64,000 bases of DNA, from NCBI GenBank assembly GCA_965230195.1, contig OZ245997.1:4302913-4366912 (forward strand). Direction: 5' to 3'. The notes beneath the pieces are model-generated. The model was not told the origin of the DNA. It was given only the letters and a program-made list of their open reading frames with translations, and did no database searches. Positions 59,601 through 64,000 of this stretch are shown piece after piece. The stretch comes from Putridiphycobacter sp. Lineage in GTDB: Bacteria > Bacteroidota > Bacteroidia > Flavobacteriales_D > Crocinitomicaceae. Position numbers and translations under genes: made by a program. The stretch's first letter is position 1. The number at the start of each line of letters is the position of its first letter.

Positions 59601-60720
59601 TGTCCAGGTCACCCGGTGTATACCTTGGTGTTACTCCTGTAAGTCTGGGGCTGCTGTTTACCAGTTCACTGGCAGCGTCTGTAATTGTAAAATACTTTAA
59701 ACCATACCCATCAGTAACAAAATTAGACCTGAGATGTAGGTTAGAAGCATTAAAACCTTCAAAATCATATAATGGATTATTTTTAAAATTAGTACCAATA
59801 GAATCATTTCCGGTAGAAAACTTCAGGATATAATTATTCTCTGCAAACGTCATTAATAATGGAAAATCAGCGTATGTGGGGTAATAAATCTGGAAATTAC
59901 CCGGTGCTGTTGATCCTCCGTTTTCATAAAATAGATTATGAAAGAAATAGATGTAAGTATTTGTCAGTGAAAAGGGCCCTCTTCTGTAATCGACAGCATG
60001 TCCAACAAACATGGCAGTAGTATCAGCCAGGTTTTCGTAAAACGTATTGTTTTGGAAAGTGAAGGCATCAGGTGTAGTAATAGAATCAATATAAACGGCA
60101 CCTCCTGCAGTTTCAGCTTCGTTTTGGTAGAAAGTACAGTTTTCAATACGTCCGGTATTGTCAGAATTATCAAAATAAATAGCACCTCCTGCACCACCAC
60201 TACCTCCTGCTGTGGAATTGTCAAAAAAGGAACAATTATAAATATTCACTCTGGAATCATTGTGAAGGAACATTGCACCGCCCTCTCCTTCAAACCTGTT
60301 ACCTTCAAAAGTACAATCGTAAAAATTCACACTGGAGTTTTCAATGATAAAACTCCTCATGTTTAACACCTGAAATGGGTAAATAGCATGCTTGAAGCCC
60401 ATTCCTATAAATGTCACATTTTCACAATTCTTTAATTCAAAAAGATTATCAAATGCCTCTGCAAAAAAGCTGTTATGGATTGGACCTGGTCCAATAATGG
60501 TAACATTAGTATCATTCTCCAGCAAAATTGTTGCATTTAAGGTAATCCCTCCCTTATAGTTAATAACTATAGTATCATTCTTCTGCAAATTATTGGCTGC
60601 TTCAGTCAATGATGTTACAGGACCTGTGTCATCATTATCTGTTACATAGATAATGCCTGAATAGCTCAAAAACGAACTAAGGGAAAGCAATAATGTAAGT
60701 AGAATTCTCTTAAATAGCAT
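50650..60720 (-). CDS. Giant T9SS-secreted surface protein: Pmp-like GGA/FxxN repeats, long parallel beta-helix, Ig-like tandem repeats, gliding-motility (type B) C-terminal domain
   Basis: 3356 aa with a signal peptide. The N-terminus carries 'GGAMFL/GGAIYF/GGAVYI' and 'FFDN/FYQN/FYEN'. About 35 PbH1-like 'N.I.GN' turns are encoded at roughly 59300-56700. Ig-like units follow the pattern 'YC....L......WY....G..F.P......YYA.....GC.S'. The C-terminal '[37 protein letters not shown]...GTYYF' (about 50653-50925) is the CHU_C/type B CTD. Confidence 0.9.
   Translation of the reverse strand: [3356 protein letters not shown]
52440..55270 (-). repeat. Tandem in-frame repeats of 510-516 nt (170-172 aa), about 5 near-identical units plus diverged flanking units
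   Basis: Homologous landmarks lie at 52601, 53111, 53621, 54131 and 54647, giving spacings of 510, 510, 510 and 516 nt. Positions 52598-52659 are identical to 53108-53169 (62 nt). The protein units differ at only a few residues. Confidence 0.9.
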
Positions 60721-60841
60721 TAAAAAACAATGTTACCAGACTCAATTTACGAAAAAAAGAATATTTAGTTACGCATACCACAATAAACAATTTACACAAA
60801 ATGTTTAAATACTAAGAATTTAATATTCAGAACAAATCGTT

Positions 60842-61615
60842 TTAGCTTCTGATAAATACGAACTCACTTTCGGAACTATCATTAGCACTGTATTCATACC
60901 CTTCTGTGTCAAAAGCTTTAATACTTTCCACATCAGAAATCCCATTCTGAATGATGTATCGGGCCATTAAGCCTCTCGCTTTTTTAGCAAAAGTCATAAT
61001 CACCTTATATTCTCCTGACTTGGTTTTATCTTTAAAAACAGGCGTAATAACAGGATATTCAATTTTATTCAATTTTGCAGCTTTAAAATATTCACTTGAG
61101 GCCAAATTAACAATCACCTGACACTCATCATCTTTTAGCTCTTCATTCAAACGGTTTAAAATTTCGTCTCCCCAAAATAAATACAGGTTTTTAAGCTTAG
61201 GGGTAACGGCAAACCTGGTTCCCATTTCCAACCGGTAAGGTTGAATTAAATCTAACGGTTTAAGCAAACCATATAAACCAGATAATATTCTAACATATGA
61301 CTGGGCGCGTTCACGCTCTTCCTTTGATAAATCTGAAAAATCCAGTCCCTGGTAAACTGTTCCCGCAAAAATATCAGCTGCCGGTTTACTATTACCATCT
61401 GTAAATGGCACGTGCCACTCCTGAAAACGATTATAATTCAAATCAGCTATTTCAGCACTCACACTCATCAGTTTACTGATTTTTTTTGCACTTAACTTTC
61501 GTAATTTATTGATCAGGTATTCGCTTTTATCCAGGAAAACAGGTTGTGTAAAATTGTGCTGAGTAACGGTTTTGTCAAAATTAATTGATTTTGCCGGTGA
61601 AAGTAATATTTTCAT
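60842..61615 (-). CDS. yaaA: Peroxide stress protein YaaA (UPF0246/DUF328)
   Basis: 257 aa with the N-terminal 'MKILLSPAKSINF' signature and 'LSGLYGLLKPLDLIQPYRLEM'. Confidence 0.9.
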   Translation of the reverse strand: MKILLSPAKSINFDKTVTQHNFTQPVFLDKSEYLINKLRKLSAKKISKLMSVSAEIADLNYNRFQEWHVPFTDGNSKPAADIFAGTVYQGLDFSDLSKEERERAQSYVRILSGLYGLLKPLDLIQPYRLEMGTRFAVTPKLKNLYLFWGDEILNRLNEELKDDECQVIVNLASSEYFKAAKLNKIEYPVITPVFKDKTKSGEYKVIMTFAKKARGLMARYIIQNGISDVESIKAFDTEGYEYSANDSSESEFVFIRS

Positions 61616-61635
61616 AAAATACAGTTAGGTTTATA

Positions 61636-61643
61636 CAAAACTA
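61636..61643 (-). promoter_or_regulatory. Candidate -7 box (TAGTTTTG) for yaaA
   Basis: Matches TAnnTTTG, 20 nt upstream of the yaaA ATG. Confidence 0.3.
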
Positions 61644-61840
61644 ACATTTTTGATTTTAGTTTCGATTAATAGAACAGGCTTTGTTAAAAAAGTATTTGCC
61701 TTTCCTTCAAAGATTTTAAATGCAGTATCAATATTAAATATCAATCACTTTTTTACACCCTTAGAATGTTCGGATTTAAAGATTTAGAACCAGCCAAATG
61801 ACAACAGTTAACAATCCTTATTACTATCAACAAAATTTCA

Positions 61841-61848
61841 TATATTTG
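61841..61848 (+). promoter_or_regulatory. Candidate -7 box (TATATTTG) only 6 nt upstream of the ATG at 61855
   Basis: Matches TAnnTTTG. The spacing would put the transcription start at or next to the start codon. Confidence 0.25.
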
Positions 61849-61854
61849 TTTTAG

Positions 61855-62652
61855 ATGAGATTAATCCCTTCATTAATATTGACCCTCGCGTTTTTATGTT
61901 TAAAGCCAACTTATTTCTTTGGCCAGGAATTTAAGTACCGTGGATTTAGTTATTATACTGAATATGATGATTCTTTTACCTCTCCGGAATCACGCCATAA
62001 GAAAGGGGTATCTTTAGGTTTTAAAAGCGGAGTATTCACCAACAGAACTACCACATACGATTATACCGAAACACTTAGCAGCGTTATTAACAGCGGGCAG
62101 GATAGTATTGTTAACAGAACAACCAAATATGTACCCTGGCACGGTGGCATATCAATCGGTTTTCATTATATGTTTTTAAAACGAAGAAAGCTGACCCTGT
62201 ACAAAAAAGATAAATACAAACGAACCGAGTTTAATGCTTTTAATATTGTATTTACTCCTTTTTTTGCGTTCGCCGATACAAGTGATTTTTTTTCATTTAA
62301 CCCTGAGAATACCACTATAAATAACAGGCGGTTAATCAACAGTCATAATGTTTTAAAAATTACTTATACAACTCCTTTTTTGTCCTATAGAGGAAAACTC
62401 TTTAATTTTTATTTTCTAAACGAATTTGGTTTCAATTTCAGTCATAGAAATAAAGTACTTTACCCTACTGAATTTGATAAAAGACTTAAAACGTTCTTCA
62501 CTATAGACCCCTTAAAAATTAAGCTGGGAAAAGGAAAAATATTTTTTTCATCAACTGTAAACATTGCATTTGATAATGCACCGTTGCAACCTAATAAAAT
62601 AGAGGCTAATTTTAACGCAGGACTACTCTTTTACATGTTCAAGAATAAATGA
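61855..62652 (+). CDS. Hypothetical secreted / outer-membrane protein
   Basis: 265 aa with a signal peptide (LILTLAFLCLKPTYFFGQ) and aromatic-rich beta-like sequence. Its stop overlaps the next start by 4 nt. Confidence 0.4.
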   Translation: MRLIPSLILTLAFLCLKPTYFFGQEFKYRGFSYYTEYDDSFTSPESRHKKGVSLGFKSGVFTNRTTTYDYTETLSSVINSGQDSIVNRTTKYVPWHGGISIGFHYMFLKRRKLTLYKKDKYKRTEFNAFNIVFTPFFAFADTSDFFSFNPENTTINNRRLINSHNVLKITYTTPFLSYRGKLFNFYFLNEFGFNFSHRNKVLYPTEFDKRLKTFFTIDPLKIKLGKGKIFFSSTVNIAFDNAPLQPNKIEANFNAGLLFYMFKNK

Positions 62653-63392
62653 TGACATTACGAAACATATTGCTCTTTTTTTGCATTTTGCCCGTAGCGG
62701 AAGGATTGTCGCAGGAAGTTAAACTGGGTATAAACTTCAGTACAAACCTTATTCAACGACACACTCTTGAAGCAGAATCATTTACCCCGAACAATAGCTT
62801 TTACACTTATCTTCCAAAGGAACTGAATTCCAACTTTGTAATTGAACAAACAAAAGCATTTAACAGCGTTTCCTTTGGACTTAACGCAAGGGTTTCAAGA
62901 AAAAAGATCGGATTGGTTTTTGAACCTCAATTCACAATGGAAATGAGTATCTTCAGATTCACATCACCCTACGAATCAAACCGGATTTTAAACCGAAGAG
63001 CTGTCAGACTGCCTTTAAACCTTACTTACCATATTATTAAAAATGTCAATAGCCCTTACCTGATAGGTGGCGTTATGCTTGTTCTTGAAAACAATTTTGA
63101 TTTCCAGCAGTTAAGCAGAAATTATTATTTTGGATCAGAAGATCCCTACGAAACCAATCCTGATTTTGGTGCTGATCACTTTGACGGTGTGTTTTATGAT
63201 GGTAGAGCACGATACAACTATGTTATTGGTATTGGAAAAAAAAGAGGAAATTTAGATTTGAGTGCCCGATATGTCAGTACGCTCACACCTAACAAGTACC
63301 TTGGAAAAAAATGGCAGGTGGAACTCAATATTGCCTACTATTTCCTGTCGAACAAAGATTTGACCAGAAAAAACTATTTGTATGAAGAGTAG
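62649..63392 (+). CDS. Hypothetical secreted / outer-membrane protein
   Basis: 247 aa with a signal peptide (LLFFCILPVAEGLSQ) and beta-strand periodicity. It overlaps the next ORF by 11 nt. Confidence 0.4.
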   Translation: MMTLRNILLFFCILPVAEGLSQEVKLGINFSTNLIQRHTLEAESFTPNNSFYTYLPKELNSNFVIEQTKAFNSVSFGLNARVSRKKIGLVFEPQFTMEMSIFRFTSPYESNRILNRRAVRLPLNLTYHIIKNVNSPYLIGGVMLVLENNFDFQQLSRNYYFGSEDPYETNPDFGADHFDGVFYDGRARYNYVIGIGKKRGNLDLSARYVSTLTPNKYLGKKWQVELNIAYYFLSNKDLTRKNYLYEE

Positions 63393-64000
63393 TTATTTTA
63401 TAATCATATCATTGCTCGTAGTTACAATAAGTTCATGTAAAAAGTTTGACTATTCCACACATGACAACAAAGGAAAAACACTATTAACCTACGGCGCCTT
63501 CTTTGACACATTAAGTATGACCGACTCAACACTTGAGTTCTCGGTAAACTTTATTGACATTAATGACTTGAATCCCATAGAAAAATTTGTACCTGCCCAA
63601 ATTAAAGTTGTTCCGCGGGAAAATGAACACTTATTTTCTATAAAATTTATTGACAGTGATTTCATTACCATAAATGAAAACCTCCCTTATTTCAATGTAT
63701 TTCATTTCCATAATTACGACAATACTGCATTGTATGATGAAAAAATTGGCTTTTTTCTGGAGCAATACCTGGCCAATGATGGTGTAAAAAACAATCTTAA
63801 TTCAACAAGGTTTGCCTTTTTTGACCTTGATAAAAAGGCAACGGAAATTACACCTGTTAATATGCAAAAGTTTTATGAGTTTAACTTTAGTGATGGTAAT
63901 GCATCTATTAATAATGTACATGTAAACGAATACCTGAAAGGATTAAATAAAACAATCGATTACATTATTAATGAAGCACCTGCTAACGCATCAAAAAACA
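63382..64000 (+). CDS. Hypothetical lipoprotein (5' part; continues beyond the window end)
   Basis: Absent from the ORF track because it runs off the edge. The ATG at 63382 reads MKSSYFIIISLLVVTISSCKKFDYSTHDNKGKTLLTYGAFFDTLSMTDSTLEF..., and the frame is open to position 64000. It has a signal peptide plus lipobox (ISSC). Confidence 0.5.
   Translation, partial: MKSSYFIIISLLVVTISSCKKFDYSTHDNKGKTLLTYGAFFDTLSMTDSTLEFSVNFIDINDLNPIEKFVPAQIKVVPRENEHLFSIKFIDSDFITINENLPYFNVFHFHNYDNTALYDEKIGFFLEQYLANDGVKNNLNSTRFAFFDLDKKATEITPVNMQKFYEFNFSDGNASINNVHVNEYLKGLNKTIDYIINEAPANASKN

Noticed and set aside
63489-63671. 60-aa minus-strand ORF from the track
   Set aside because: It is antisense to a longer plus-strand ORF (63382 to beyond 64000). 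That ORF has a clear lipoprotein signal and is translationally linked to the upstream gene.
1-64000. tRNA, rRNA, tmRNA, riboswitches, transposases, integrases and prophage genes
   Set aside because: I scanned all intergenic gaps longer than 80 nt by eye: 9840-10146, 21060-21166, 24155-24243, 27105-27231, 29464-29734, 32664-32744, 33327-33457, 45342-45443, 46470-46671, 60721-60841 and 61616-61854. I found no cloverleaf-like acceptor/T-arm pattern and no conserved riboswitch core, and no ORF has mobile-element motifs. A tRNAscan/Infernal run would be needed to exclude small RNAs formally.

Overview
AT-rich chromosomal segment of Bacteroidota type. The assignment rests on gldF/gldG, a PorP/SprF gene, a giant adhesin with a gliding-motility C-terminal domain, and TAnnTTTG -7 boxes. 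About 50 genes are present, mostly on the minus strand and tightly packed, with many 1-8 nt stop/start overlaps. Housekeeping genes recognised by eye from motifs: recG, pyrB, pyrR, SUI1/yciH, a NifS/IscS-type cysteine desulfurase, purL, menD, accC, a tamB-like gene, tsaD and yaaA. I found no rRNA, tRNA, CRISPR array, transposase, integrase or phage genes by eye. Observations worth a second look: (1) A single 1694-aa ORF (33458-38542) fuses an SLC12/CCC-type ion transporter to about 650 aa of unrecognisable helical sequence and a C-terminal P-loop NTPase. It is translationally coupled to an MscS-like channel gene. (2) A family of degenerate GTT-rich/AAC-rich inverted-repeat intergenic elements brackets every gene of a 3.2-kb accessory island between recG and pyrB, and recurs after tsaD. 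(3) A T9SS type-B cargo operon (3356-aa adhesin, then PorP/SprF, then a 1019-aa OmpA protein) carries about five near-identical 510-516-nt tandem repeats. (4) A lipoprotein gene is split at an A6 run that also fits a -1 slippage site. (5) There is a secreted Cys-His-motif, cytochrome-like four-gene cluster at the left edge. All family names are motif recognition by eye, not search results.
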